From Pristiophorus japonicus (Eukaryota), in NCBI RefSeq assembly GCF_044704955.1, contig NC_091994.1, positions 101,060,001-101,124,000 on the forward strand: DNA of 64,000 nucleotides, read 5' to 3'. This document shows positions 1-12,105 of the stretch, piece after piece. The notes under the pieces are model-generated. The model was given only the letters and a program-made list of their open reading frames with translations. It was not told where the DNA came from and did not search any database. Position 1 is the stretch's first letter; each line of letters starts with the position of its first letter. The position numbers and the translations under genes are program-made.

Positions 1-504
1 AATCTGATTGGGCGGCAGCGGGCGGGAGGTTTCATTCTCGGCGGCAGAGGTGCTTGCCGCCCAAGTGCCGCCGAGGATGGAGTCGGGCCCACGGAGGGTC
101 GAAGACCTGAAGAAAAAAATCATCAGTAAAAATGTTTTAAAACTATCGGATCTTCAGGGGATCCCATCCAGGTAAGTCGCTGTGGAAAAAATATATAAAT
201 GTTCACTAACCTTTTTTTCAGGTTCTTCATACTTGCCGTTGGGGACAGACCAGCCTCCAGCCAGCGGTCCACCCCCGTTCTGGCGCCGACTGCCGCCCGC
301 ATCAATATGGGAGCTCGGCGGGCAGGAGGTCAGTTACGCCACTCGGCCGTCCGCTGATGTCAGCGGGCGGTTCCCGGCGGCTCTCCCCTCCTGCCCACTC
401 CAGGCCACCTCGAAAGTAGCACTGGGCAGATCTGCAAGAGCAATGTCAGCGGCAGTGGGTGGCAGTCGGTGGCAGTGGGCGGTGAGTTGATGAATTTCGG
501 CTCC
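1..504 (-). mobile_element. Non-autonomous PIF/Harbinger-type MITE (truncated by window edge), same family as 41460-42103
   Basis: Ends in TGATGAATTTCGGCTCC, a variant of the 17-bp TIR of the 41460 copy. Its reverse complement aligns by eye with the 41460 copy. Confidence 0.75.
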
Positions 505-533
505 AAGCTAACTTAGCACAGATTGCAGATTTA

Positions 534-705
534 GAAAGAAAGGACTTGCATTTGTATAGCACCTTTCACAGCTTCAGACATCCCAAGGCGTTTTACAGCT
601 TGACCACTGTTGCTATTGAGAAACATGGCAGCTAATTTGAGCACAGTAAGGTCGCACAAAAATGACCAGTTAATCTATTTTGGTGATGCTTGTTGTGGGA
701 TTGCT
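534..705 (-). mobile_element. Deu-domain SINE (SacSINE1-like), 3' fragment
   Basis: GAAAGAAAGGACTTGCATTTGTATAGCACCTTTCAC tail, shared with about a dozen copies in the window. Confidence 0.75.
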
Positions 706-799
706 CTTCTAATATTACTAACATTGGGAGATGCAGCTTGGGCACAATGAATGGGTACAGTAAGCGACAGTTTGAGAGAGTATACTGGTTCAGGTTTGG

Positions 800-1110
800 A
801 GCACTGGTCTAGTAAGTAAAGGTTCTGTGTGAGCTATACAGAGCAGAAGGCCTCAGGCTTGATTGCTGGTCTGTGTTGAGTTAGCAGACCTCAGCTAAGG
901 CAGTAACTGGGGCACTTCAACTGGTCTCAACAGCCCTGGGCTAGGGAGGGGACAAATCAGCTCGGCCCTGACCCTACTGGAGAAAATGTACATGGATTGA
1001 TGGGAGCTTGACTGTGATGCCCTTCACACAGTTGAGTGGCTTGCTGACATTCACCGTTTAGTCTCACAATTGAAGAACAGCAAATTGGTGAGGAACCAGA
1101 GGGCTGCTGA
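800..1110 (+). mobile_element. Old tRNA-head SINE-like family (unnamed here, 'family X'), diverged copy
   Basis: Motifs GGTCTGTGTTGAGTTAGC..CTCAGC, CCCTGGGCTAGGGAGGG and CTGTGATGCC recur in many diverged copies across the window. Confidence 0.55.
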
Positions 1111-1699
1111 GGGGGGGAGGGGGGGGGGGGCAAAATTGCCCCAAAACAAATTGATTTTGTTTTACCAACAATCTAGACTTTGAATGGGTGGAAGGGGAAA
1201 GCTTGGTAGCGGGTTATAGAAGATGAGATAGCTGCAACATTTAATCCCAACCCATGCTTTATCCACTATTTATCATCACCTTGTTGTCACAGGGCAGAAC
1301 GTCATGTGGCAATAAATGTCCAAACATGGTGATTGATGGGATCAATGGTATCGATTAGCCATAAGCAGTTCATAACTGACAAACAAATCATTACAATCTA
1401 TTGACAGAAATGTCAGACAGTCTTAAAGGCAGAGGAACCCACGCTCGGATACTGCACTTCACAGGGTTACTATGTTTGGATACTAGGTCGTTGGGTCAAT
1501 ATAGATCAGTATCTTTTAATAATGTTTCATATTAATCACTTTAGTCTTGTTCACATTATGGACTGCTAGATTACATATTGCTTTTTGTGATTTGTTATCC
1601 CATCCAATCATGCGCTCTTGATATCTGCTCATTCACCAAGTGCAGCAAACTGAAACATTTTTAGACAGAAAGGATTATCGAATTGTGAGCCTCAACCAG

Positions 1700-2090
1700 G
1701 AATCAAAGGCTCTTACAGCACTGAAGGAAGCCATTCAGCCCATCGTGCCTGTGATGACTTTTTGAAAGAGCTGTCCAATTCGTTCCATCTCCTGCTCTTT
1801 CCCCATAGCGCTTGAATATATTTCCTTTTCAAGTATACATCCAGTTCCCTTTTGAAAGTTACTATTGAATCTGCTTCCAATACCCTTTCAGGCAATGCAT
1901 TCCAGATCATAATAACACACTGCGTAAAAAAAATTCTCATCTCTCATGTGGCTCTTTGGCTAATTATCTTAAATCTGCGTCCTATGGTTACCGTCCCTTC
2001 TGCCAGTGGAATCAGTTTCTCCCTATTTACTCCATCAAAACCACTCATAATTTTGAACACCTCCATTAAATGTCTCCTTAGTCTTCTTTG
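1700..2090 (-). mobile_element. CR1 LINE 3' fragment
   Basis: Minus-strand peptide FFTQCVIMIWNALPERVLEADSIVTFKRELDVYLK is the CR1 ORF2 C-terminus, followed by a CR1-type 3' UTR. Confidence 0.9.
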
Positions 2091-2394
2091 AGGCCTAGAA
2101 GTTCCATTAAAATTACACCAATTCGAAAATGTAAGCTGGAGGGTTAGTGGATCGCTTGATCATGGAGGACATGATGGCTAAGCTTGCTTCTCCTCTTCAA
2201 CTCAACGTTCACACGCCCACTTTTACTGGACAGAAAGGATTATCGAATTGTGAGCCTCAACCTGGCTAGTATTTGTGTACCTCCCTTGCCCAAGGGTACT
2301 TAGCCTAGACACCCCGCCTCTTCCCACCGACCCCTACCTCCCACCCCACCAGATAGGATCAGCATTTTTAAAAACTTTAATGTAAATGTTATCG

Positions 2395-2550
2395 AATCTA
2401 CATAGGAACAGGAGTAGGCCATTCGGCCCTTCAAGCCTGTTGCGTCATTTATTTGGATCATAGCTGATCTGTACTTCAACTTCATTTATCCGTCTTTCTT
2501 CTTGATATTCTTACCCAACAAAATTATATCAATCTCAGTCTTGGAAATTT
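2395..2550 (-). mobile_element. CR1 LINE 3' tail fragment
   Basis: CATAGGAACAGGAGTAGGCCATTCGGCCCTTCAAGCCTG, the same tail as at 22725 and 35891. Confidence 0.75.
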
Positions 2551-2719
2551 AGTGTCACAACCTTCCAATTTACAATAGACCCACTGACTTCCCAGTGATG
2601 CAGCCGGTTAATGCACTGGCTGGTGAAGGTCCTCAGATACAGAACAGGACGGTCTTTGATCCTTGGCCTGTGCCGAGCTAACTAATTGTAGCGGGGGTAC
2701 CAGCAGGTTATTACAATTT

Positions 2720-3155
2720 ATAAAGCGCATTTCAGGACATCCCAAAGTGCTTTACAGCTAATGCACTACTTTTGAAGTGTAGTCACTGTTGTCATGCAGG
2801 AAATGCGGAAGGCAAAATGTGCACAGCAAGGCCCCACGAACAGCAATGATATAATAATCCGATAATCTATTTTAGTGGTATTGGTTGAAGGATAAACAGT
2901 GGCCAGGACCTGGGAGAACATTCCTTCTGTTCTTCGAAATAGTGCCATGGGACCTTTTGCATTCACCAGAGGGTAGATGGAACCTCGGTTCAACATCTCA
3001 TTCGAAAGACGGCAACCTCTGACAATGCAGCACTCCCTCAATACTGGCATGGCACTGGGAGTGTCAGCCAAGATTATGTGCTCTTGAGTGGGACTTGAAC
3101 CCACAACCTTCTGACTCAGATGCAAGAGGGCTATAGACTGAGCCACGGCTGACAC
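2720..3155 (-). mobile_element. Deu-domain SINE (SacSINE1-like), near full length
   Basis: tRNA-like head with A/B boxes (TGGCTCAGT...GGTTCAAGTCCCAC on minus), Deu core and L2-like tail. Confidence 0.85.
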
Positions 3156-3864
3156 CGTAATCTTAACCAAGAAAGGAGTCAGTGCCTTCAGGAGAAAAGA
3201 GGATGAAAATAGAGGGAGGGTGATGCACCTGAAACTGGGAAATTATCAACTTAATAGAGATAACTGCCATTTAAACAGGGAGGTAAAGGATTTCACATTT
3301 AACTGCAGAGTGACACTTTATTGGAGACCCCTGACGAATGAATATTGCTATAGGTCAATGATATTCAGAGGGACAAACTGTTTATTTACTTGAAGAGGAG
3401 GTTAAAGCACCCAAGTTCCAAATAGTACAAAGTGTAAATGATGGGTAATGTGGTGTAATTGCTTAAGCACTTGTAACAGATGGGGCATTTAATACTGGGT
3501 TTCTGAGGGAGTTAGAATATCCTTGACCAGTAAGCATGACGAGCAGACCATTACACTAACTTCCTTGGCAGGGAATCAATCAGGCTTGTCTGTACCAGTA
3601 ACAATATTTTACAGAAGCAGACTGTCCAACTAACTTTATTAAATCACAGTAACAGCAACACAGAGAGATTTAGATTCAGGCTGAGGAAATGCCTGCCTGT
3701 AGTGCTGCTTAAAGAAATGGGAGTGCTCAAAGAAGAATGTGTGAACAGTACTTTGTCCTTTTTGTTGCGAATTTGTGACAATTGACTCGTCAATATACCA
3801 CGTTAGTTCAATGTTGGGATATTTTTTGTTGTCAATTTTCCCCATTCGCTAAAAGTAAATGTTT

Positions 3865-4115
3865 TCCATGGCACTATTCAAAGAATGGGGAGTTCTCCCA
3901 ATGCCATTGCCCAAAACTCGCCACTCAATCAGCACCATCGAAGACTGATTGACTCGTGTCAATGCTGTATATGGGAGCTTGCTGTGCACAGATTTGCTGC
4001 TGCATTTCCTACATTACAACAGTTATCTACACTTCAAAACTACTTCATTGGCTGTAAAGTGTTTGGGACATCCTGAGGACGTGAAAGAAGTTATAGACAT
4101 GCATGTCTTTCCTTT
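3865..4115 (+). mobile_element. Deu-domain SINE 3' half
   Basis: CCATGGCACTATTCAAAG...ACTTCATTGGCTGTAAAG motifs. Confidence 0.75.
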
Positions 4116-4129
4116 TAAATGAGCTTGTT

Positions 4130-4420
4130 GGGTAAATGCACGCCATGCAATATTGAGCCAGTTGGTGCTGAATTTATTCATCCCTCTTGTTCCGAAGAAG
4201 GAAAAATTAGACAGAGATCCCAGTCCTAATCACTGGCCAGTGACTTCTATTGGGAAATATGAATATCTGGACATAGAGCAAAGGCGGGACCAGGCAAGGG
4301 TATAATGCCCTTCATGGTCGCAAAACCTGCTGACACTTTTTGTGTAGACTCTCACAAGAAGAATGACCACTTGAGTGAGTTATCAGAGGACCGCTATTAT
4401 GAGTCAGCGAGGCAATGCTT
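4130..4420 (+). mobile_element. Family X old SINE-like copy
   Basis: GATCACTGG/CCAGTGAC, CCTGCTGACAC and GAAGAATGACCACTTG-type motifs. Confidence 0.45.
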
Positions 4421-6444
4421 TTTATTTAAGGAGCAGTATGAAATCTCACTAATAAACAGACACTCAAAAATATATTTTGAGTTCTCTTCACATTACGCGT
4501 GACATTCAGTGGTAAGATCCTGACTGACTTGGGAATAGTTGTGATTAGAGGCAGCTCGTCACTGTTAGGATATAAAGATTCTTACCAGACTGGCCAGCTG
4601 TGACTAGATAACAACTATATTAGGATGTTTGGGAATTGCTTTGGAATCTGCTCTGTTTAATTCAAAGGAAACACAGAGTTGTTTTAAAGGACTTGCGAGA
4701 GGACAAAAGGATGTAATGTACCCGCTAATGTGTTTGGCTTTCACAACTGGAATCCGTTTTATCAGTTTACATGGTCCTGATGGGAATATGAGACAGAGAG
4801 AGAAGCAGAGGCCCTTATTCATCCTCTCTATGTGTATGGGCAGTCTGGGTAATCTCTACATTCCCCAGAGAGTGCACTGTGCCTGGCACTGCAGACAATG
4901 TGTGTCTTGTGTAAGTAATTCACCGGCATGGCAGTCAATCTGGTGCCGGCCTTGGCTCTGTGACCCTCTCGAGAGCAACCCCTTTCTCTGTATCACCATG
5001 CTAAACATTTCTCTTTCACTCCTTGACATTCTGCAGATTGAGATGTTCTGCCGACTGTTTACCCAATTCTCGCTCCTCCCCCCGCCCGCCCCATCCCCCA
5101 CCACCCCATCACCACACAACACCACCATGCCGATGGTCCTCTTGGGCTCACATTCCAACCCATCAGCAGTGTCTGTGAGACCACATGCTGGTGTCAAAAT
5201 ATTAAAAAATAGCAACTCGAGTGCTGTCAAGAGAAATGGCGAGTGAAAGGATCTTGGGCTGTGTCCTCTGTGCCTAACAACAGTATTAACCCTTTCCGCA
5301 GCACCTTTGCCTCAGCGATAGAAATAAAAGCGACATCTTCAGAACGCCAATGAAATAGTTTAGTCTGTGCCAAGTTGAAATCTTTAACACTAGCAGTTCG
5401 CAGCAAACTAATCCCTACGTCTGTTAAGTGAGAATCCAGTGCAGCTTTTTTGAAATCCCTGCAGTTACAGGGTTAACCTGTCACCCGGCTATATTCTCCC
5501 TTCAGGGCTTCGGCTTTCAATTATTCAGCAGTTTAATGACAAAAATACATTTTTATTAAGTTTGCACAGCATTTTTGAGGAGATTTAAAAACAATTCTAT
5601 TTATTGATACAGGCTGGACTATAAACCTGTCCCCAAATCTACTGCGCACACTGCAAAAATGTAACATGTTTTAAAATCTTTAAAGCAGCGACCACTCCTT
5701 GAGGTAATCAGTAAAATACAGAGAATCGTGACAAACGAAGCAGTATCCTATAAGTTCAATGGAGTTTAGAATGAAGGGGTTTGCACAGATTGTAAGAATT
5801 GCTGTGAACGTATTTGGCAGCAGCAAGATACAACTTTCAAAGGGGTCACTGTGGGTTCCTGTCCCCGCACCCAGCCCGAAGCTGTGGCAAAGGGCGATTT
5901 CAACCAGGAGGCCCTTTTAAAATGTCTCATATGTGAATCAGAAAATAAAATAAGTGCGGAATGAAAAGAGGACGATGGTGACCCCAGCGAGAGTGGAGTG
6001 TATTAACTGGAGGAGAGAGGCCGGCCTCCCTGTGGAGATACAGACTCTTTCATTTGCAGCCTACGACTGGGCTTCAGAAGGGCTTTTGTGCGAGGAGGAA
6101 TCTTCTTCACCCCATTCTCGACAATAGACGTTTTGTGAGGGAAAGACAGAGAAGAGAATCATCCCCGGCAGGGGAAGCTTAAGCCTACAGATGCTGGGAA
6201 TGGATGATTTATTGCCCAATGTCCTTGGTGGCATTTGGCCGTCTTCCCAGCCTCAGTGATGGCAAAGGATTTTTTTGTGTATGTGGGAAGGGGAGGGGAG
6301 CGGGAGGGGGGGGGGGTGGTTAAGGCTTTGAGGCATAACGGAGTCATTTGATACCTTGTATGGACATGCAAGACCCTTGAACTGTTTCATCAAATGTGGA
6401 AAAAGACTCAGTACTATTGACATTGATTATACACATACACATTC

Positions 6445-6615
6445 AGAGAGTGGGAGGGCAAGAGGAAAGTAGAGAGGGGGAGACCAGAGAAGAGGGGAGC
6501 AGCGGGAAGGGGCGAGGGGACACATTGTGGGAGAGGGAGAGAGGGATGGAGTGAGGAAGTAGGTGAGAAAGGAAGAGCAGGAGAGAAAGAAGGGGAAGAC
6601 AAAAGGAGAAAGAGA
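6445..6615 (+). repeat. GA-rich low-complexity tract
   Basis: Nearly pure purine run; it produces spurious S/P/L-rich ORFs on the minus strand. Confidence 0.8.
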
Positions 6616-7146
6616 GTTGGTTTAATGGTGATTCAATTTGATTTTGTTTCTGAATTCCAAGCAATCAGACCTGCTTTGTATTTTATCTAACATGGGGCTA
6701 GATTTTCCACTTTTGTGCATATCACCCAAAAATGGGCGTTATTTCTGGCATGGGCGCTAAAAATGGGTTTTCAGATCGCCGGCTTCTCGCCCATTCTCAA
6801 AGCAACTAGTCTCCATTTTTGAAATCGGGCGTTACCACAAGCGATATGAAATGGGCAGTAGCGTTAAATCTCTCTGACCTACTGCCGTAAAGTGTCGCCG
6901 TCCTTAGCAACGGCATGGCAACGCTCGATTCCTGCAATTCAGGAGGTCAAGGGTCATCATGACATGTGCAAAAGAGGAGACAGAGAGAGAGAAGGAGCTG
7001 AGAGGGACTGAAGGCATGTGTGGTTGTGGTGTGTGCTTGTCTGGCTGTTGTGGGAAGCACGAGGGAGATTCACCAGCAGCAAAAGGCCTACTAAGCACCA
7101 AAAGCATAGTTGGCACCAAGTTTTTGTCCAACAAATAAGATATAAC

Positions 7147-7560
7147 ATGGAAGGGATGGTGTAGGCCCTGGAGCTGGTAGCCAGAAACACTGGTGGCAGA
7201 GGGCTCCCAGTGGTGCCGGAGCGCGGCACTGCACCCCAAGGTGCAGCACCCCCATTGCCAACCACACATGAGAGCCAGCAGCAACATCTTGCTTCTGGCT
7301 CGGAGCACGTTCTCACCTCGGGACCGTCCTCTCTCTTATCCGTCCAAGCAGTGGTTCGGCCGTCATTCCTCGCCCCCCCCCCGGCCCCCCCAATGAAGCA
7401 TCGCCTGAGGAGCTCTTCGGTCAGGCAGCTTGGAGTCAGGAGGGGAAGGGGAAGGGATAGAGGTGGGAAGGAGAAGCAAGGGGGGGGGGGGGGTTGGGAA
7501 GGGTTTGTTTTTACAGAAATACTGATGATTTCAGACAACTGTCCGGTTTCAATGTTTTTT
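7147..7560 (+). pseudogene. Possible internally deleted remnant of the Harbinger second (Myb/SANT-type accessory) gene
   Basis: Pro-rich open frame inside the element, convergent with the transposase. No Myb domain is visible; the call rests on position only. Confidence 0.3.
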
Positions 7561-7757
7561 ATTTAACAAAACCTTGTAGCGCATTGGCTCAGATAGCTGC
7601 ACCATTACACACTGGTGATTCCTTAACATCAAAGGGTACAATGACACTTAACTTCAATCAAGTTAAACTTTAACTGTCACCAAGATGGTGCCCACCATTG
7701 ATGTATGACCTGCACACCCAGCAGTGTGTCAGCCTTGCAAATAACACCAACATTCTT

Positions 7758-8952
7758 TCAGGCAAAGCGATCATTGATGAGCTCCTGACGTAAGGTTCTT
7801 GCATGGGCCCTTTCATGTGGTCTACAGGGAGGTGGGGGCATGGCTTCAGCGTCAGCCTGATTGTCTGTGCCGATGTTAGCGTCCACCTCCTCGTCCTCCT
7901 CTTCCTCTCTCTGATGAGGTGGACTGTCAGATTCATCAGGCAATTTTTGACCCTCCTGATAGCTGAGTTGTGCAGCATGGAGCACACCACCACGAATTGA
8001 GCTACCTGCTCAGGGTGGTATTGGAGGTCACCTCCTGAGTTGTCCATGCATCTAAAGCGCTGTTTAAGCACACCAATAGTTTTCTCCACGATAATACGAG
8101 TGGCTCTGTGGCTCTCATTGTATCGCCTCTTGGCTTCAGTGAGGGTGTCACGCAGGGGGTTCATCAGCCAGGTGGCGAGGCCATATCCTTTGTCACCAAA
8201 CATCCAGCATTGACTTTGTGGCTGATTGTTAAACAAGTCAGATACAGTGCTCTCACGCAGGATGTGAGCATCATGGATGTTGCCCGGAAATTGAGCATTC
8301 ACTGCCAGTATAATTTGCTGGTGGTCGACAACGAGTTGGACATTCAGGGAATGGAATCCCTTGCGGTTTCTGAAAACCTCTGCATCCTGAAAAGGTGCCT
8401 GCATCGTGATGTGCGTACAGTCTATTGCTCCCTGCATCTTGGGTAAGTTTGCAATTCTGGAGATTCCTAGAGCCCTCTCACTCTGTGCCTCCCTGGTCAT
8501 AGGGAAGTTGATCAAGTCCCTCCTGCGTCCGTACAGGGCTTCAGTGACCTGTCTAATGCAGCAATGTGTGGCATGCTGAGACAGTCTGCAAATGTCGCCA
8601 GCTGTGGCCTGAAAAGAACCTGAGGCATAGAATGACAGTGCCATGGTGACTTTGTCCTCGACGGACAGTGCAGTACCGATGGTGCTGGCAGGCTGCAGAT
8701 CTCCCCGTATGAGCTGGCATACCTCAGTGATAACCTCTTTGTGGAAGCACAGTCTCTGAAACAGGTGGTGTCGGGCAAGTCGAGGTAAGACTGCTTCTCC
8801 CTGTACGTGCAGGGGGTGTAACGTCTGGTCCTCCTCATCAGTCTGGCACGTCTTACATTGGGCACATAATGCTGTGGAGCGTACCTTCGGTGATCTCGAG
8901 TCTGCAGCATGTAATTGGTCATCAAGAGAGGGTGACAAAGGACAGACCCCAT
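7758..8952 (-). pseudogene. Harbinger (HARBI1-like) DDE transposase, frameshifted
   Basis: Assembled from three frames: MGSVLCHPLL... (ATG 8952), core ...FYASGSFQ...GAIDCTH...NRKGFHSLNVQ...GNIHD...GDKGY...YNESH..TRIIVEKTIGVLKQRFRCM...MLHN, and an acidic tail ending RQELINDRFA* (7758). Two frameshifts, near 8760 and 7950. Confidence 0.9.
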
Positions 8953-9679
8953 TGCAATTGCTCTCTGTTTTCCACTGATTGGTCACAAACAATGAATATC
9001 CCGACAAAGAACACCTATTCAATTCCAATCAGTCACAGTATGGTCAAGATGTTTGTACAGATGTTCACATCAACTCCAATGGCCTCCAGAGTACATCCGA
9101 GCTCCCCCGAGGTTGAAGCACCGCAGCCTTTGAAAGGATGCAACATGCGATCCAGAACATGGCATCCATAACGCTGTGATTAGTTCCGGTTAGTTCCACT
9201 TTTTCTGGGCGTTTTTTTGGGCGAGCGATATTTAAGGCAATATGTGTACGAGGTGGTGAAAGTGACGCTGGATGATCTCATGGCCGCTAGTTTCGCTAAA
9301 TATGCTCTTTACGACAAAAAAAAAGTGGGCGGGCGGTATTATTGAATCTCGGTATTAAATCAGTGCAGAAACTAATGCTGGGTGATATTATGGGCGTTGA
9401 TTTCGCCCATTCTGATGATTCTGCCCCCAAAAAGTGGGCAGGCGGTATTTTTTCCCCACGTTAAGCACATGGGGAAAGAAACGCTCGCCGATAAGTTTCC
9501 GAAAAATGCCCGTCAGTTTCCATTTTGTGGCTAAATGGGCAATATATGGGCGTTATACGTCATTTCAGCGGTAAAATGGGCGTTGTGGGTGTTAAGCATG
9601 CAAAAAAATCGGAAAATCTAGCCCCACTGACTTTAGTTAATAAAATAACAGAAATGAAATGGCAGAAGTCGCGTCTTCT

Positions 9680-9975
9680 GACATCTCCGAGTTCTTTTGC
9701 CTTTCTCTCTTTCTGAAAATGTAGATTATTGCTGGGGTACAATTCCCCAGGTGCCCAGCGCACAGACGCATTCTGCTATACTCGACCTACTGACACTCTT
9801 TCACACGTGAGTGTAGACAATGAGTATCAGCAGGCGACTCAACCCCACAGGTACTGCCCGCACATACATACACTTTCCAGTAAAGTGTGGTGGTGTGGGG
9901 GTGGGGGGGTGGGGCGGGGGGGAGAGGAGGGAGGGGTCACTGGCTTGTGATGAGGAGTGGGGGAACCAAAGCAGA
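9680..9975 (-). mobile_element. Family X old SINE-like copy
   Basis: CACTTTCCAG and GGGGTCACTGG motifs, as in the other minus-strand copies. Confidence 0.45.
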
Positions 9976-10389
9976 TTTCTGCGTCATCTAACCCCAGGGG
10001 CACCTTTTGGTCTGCATGGCTTAGTCCCACACCAGTGTAATTTGTGGAGAGGTTTGCATTTTATATTATCTGCTCCACTCTGTGCTAATGATGACCTCAG
10101 TAAGAATTTCTGTTCATTGAATATGCACTGACCAAATCATTTTCTATAGTAACTAAATGGTCAATGTTATAATCCAAGGACAATTGTGTCCCTTCACAAG
10201 AGCCTCCAGTGGGCAGCTATTAAAATGTAAAAGAGATACAAGAAAGGATATTCTGTGTGTGTTTGAATTCCTTGACTGATACCATCCTGGCCGTTAGTCT
10301 TTTAAATGCTGTTGTGCTTTAATTGCCACCCCCGATGACTCGATTGGTAAATGCACTACCCAGTGTGGTGTTGAGTCACAGTCCCAGAT

Positions 10390-10776
10390 TAAAAGTGCCT
10401 TTCACAACCAGCGGACGTCCCAAAGCACTTTACAGCCAATGAAGTACTTTTTGAAGTTTAGTCACTGTTGTAACGTAGGAAAAGCAGCAGCACAATTTGC
10501 ACTCAGCAAGCTCCCACAAACAGCAATGTGATAGTGACCAGATGTTTTTGTTATGTTGATTGAGGATGAATTGGCCAGAACACCAGGGATAACTCCTCTG
10601 CTCTTCTTTGAAATAGTGCCATGGGATCTTTTAAGTCCACCTGAGGAGTCAGCCATGACCTCAGTTTAACGTCTCATCCGAAAAACAGCACCTCCGACAG
10701 TGCAGCATTCCCTCAGCACTGCACTGGAGTGCCAGCCTAGATTTTTGTGCTCAAGTCTTTGGAGTGGGACTTGAAT

Positions 10777-10814
<38 letters not shown>

Positions 10815-10830
10815 TAACTGACACTGACAC
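10390..10830 (-). mobile_element. Deu-domain SINE (SacSINE1-like), full length
   Basis: Head, Deu core and tail all present. Confidence 0.85.
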
Positions 10831-10875
10831 ACTATCACTCTGGTACATGTGCAACACACTGATGTTAACCATACT

Positions 10876-11050
10876 GGGATAGATTTTGACTTTGTGCAAT
10901 GCTGTAAAATGGGTGATAATGAGTTGGCAGCCCGTTTGACATTTCTCCCGATTTTTATTTCTGTTGAAGTCAATGGACCAAAAAATTGGGAGTGGTGTAA
11001 AATGGGCTGCCAACTCACTATTACTATTTGCACAAAGTCAAAATTACCCC
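10876..11050. mobile_element. Palindromic 175-bp Harbinger-type MITE
   Basis: TIRs GGGATAGATTTTGACTTTGTGCA / TGCACAAAGTCAAAATTACCCC, 3-bp TSD ACT (10873-75, 11051-53), inner inverted arms. Confidence 0.85.
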
Positions 11051-11271
11051 ACTTTTACTCAGGTACATGTATGACACACTGGCATTCTAGACACTGTCAC
11101 TCTGCTACAGGTGTGACGTACTAGTGTTAGAAACTGTAATTTTGGCACAGGTGCGACACACTAGCATTGCACATATTGTAAATCAAAAAGTGCTCTTTGA
11201 TTTCATATTCTCACAACTCTTAACCTTAAATAGACATAACACGCTTGTGATGCAGTGACTCTTCTTATCAA

Positions 11272-11427
11272 CTGTATCTAACCCAGGCTGTATCTGCCCT
11301 GGGAGTGTTTGATGGGGCAGTGCAGAGGGAGCTTTACTCTGTATCTAACCTGTGCTGTACCTGCCCTGGGAGTGTTTGACAGGGCAGTGTCGAGGGAGCT
11401 TTACTCTGTATCTAACCCGTGCTGTAC
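11272..11427 (+). repeat. 67-bp tandem repeat (about 2.3 units) followed by an LF-SINE-like tail
   Basis: Unit CTGTATCTAACC(C/T)GTGCTGTACCTGCCCTGGGAGTGTTTGA...GGGAGCTTTACT starts at 11272, 11339 and 11406. Confidence 0.9.
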
Positions 11428-12105
11428 TTGACACAGATACTGGGTATCTGAAATGGGAATAGCACTTCCAGCACTAAAAGTCTCTCACCTTGATCTGCAG
11501 AAAAAGTCACAATAACAAAAAAAATGAGTAGACATTGTGGAAAACATCCGAAGAGATTGATTACAGAATAATGAGTGTAGAGCTGGAGAGATGTAGCATT
11601 GTCATGGAGATTGCTTATATTATGCTCATGAGTCCTTTTTAACAATTTATGGAGTTGTTTTCGGGGCTGATGAATGAATAAATGATACATCATTGACTTG
11701 GCTGAACAGATCATTATCAGTCCGTCACATAATGTATTTCGCCCCAGGGCAAAATCAATACACAAGTGAGTATTCATTCGTTTGTGCAGTCATTACCAGA
11801 TTTATTTATCTGTGACTGTCGCCGAGCTTAGTAAACTAAAAGTTTCCAGTATTTATATTTTTTGTGATGAGCCACTTATCTTTCTTCAGTTTTCTCCCCC
11901 AACTCTCCTGGAGGTGCTGACTGACACTGGACTACGAATCGCAAGTGTTAGCAACCCTTTGGGTGCCTCACCCAATTGACCCATTCATCTTTAGTGACCC
12001 GAGGCAGCAAGTGTCCACAAGCTATTTGAGTCTGGGGGCATCACAGATAAATCAGATTCTGTCCTCATCCAATACCTACACGTATTCACTTTCCAGCTGA
12101 GGTCA

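Larger units (their letters stand above)
6694..9625 (-). mobile_element. PIF/Harbinger DNA transposon, decayed autonomous-type copy
   Basis: Perfect 15-bp TIRs GGGGCTAGATTTTCC (6694-6708) and GGAAAATCTAGCCCC (9611-9625), subterminal (A)TGGGCG repeats and an internal HARBI1-like transposase. The 3-bp TSD is not clean (CAT vs ACT). Confidence 0.92.

Noticed and set aside
4629-5246. 205-aa plus-strand ORF
   Set aside because: Non-ATG start, no recognisable domain and a low-complexity Pro stretch; not supportable as a CDS.
7670-9028. 452-aa ORF as the domesticated host gene HARBI1
   Set aside because: It lies between TIRs, both ends of the listed ORF are out of frame with the true protein, and it is frameshifted; it is a transposon copy.
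10820-11175. Degenerate ~40-bp tandem repeat around the 10876 MITE
   Set aside because: Units are too diverged to define a period by eye; likely an ordinary decayed minisatellite.
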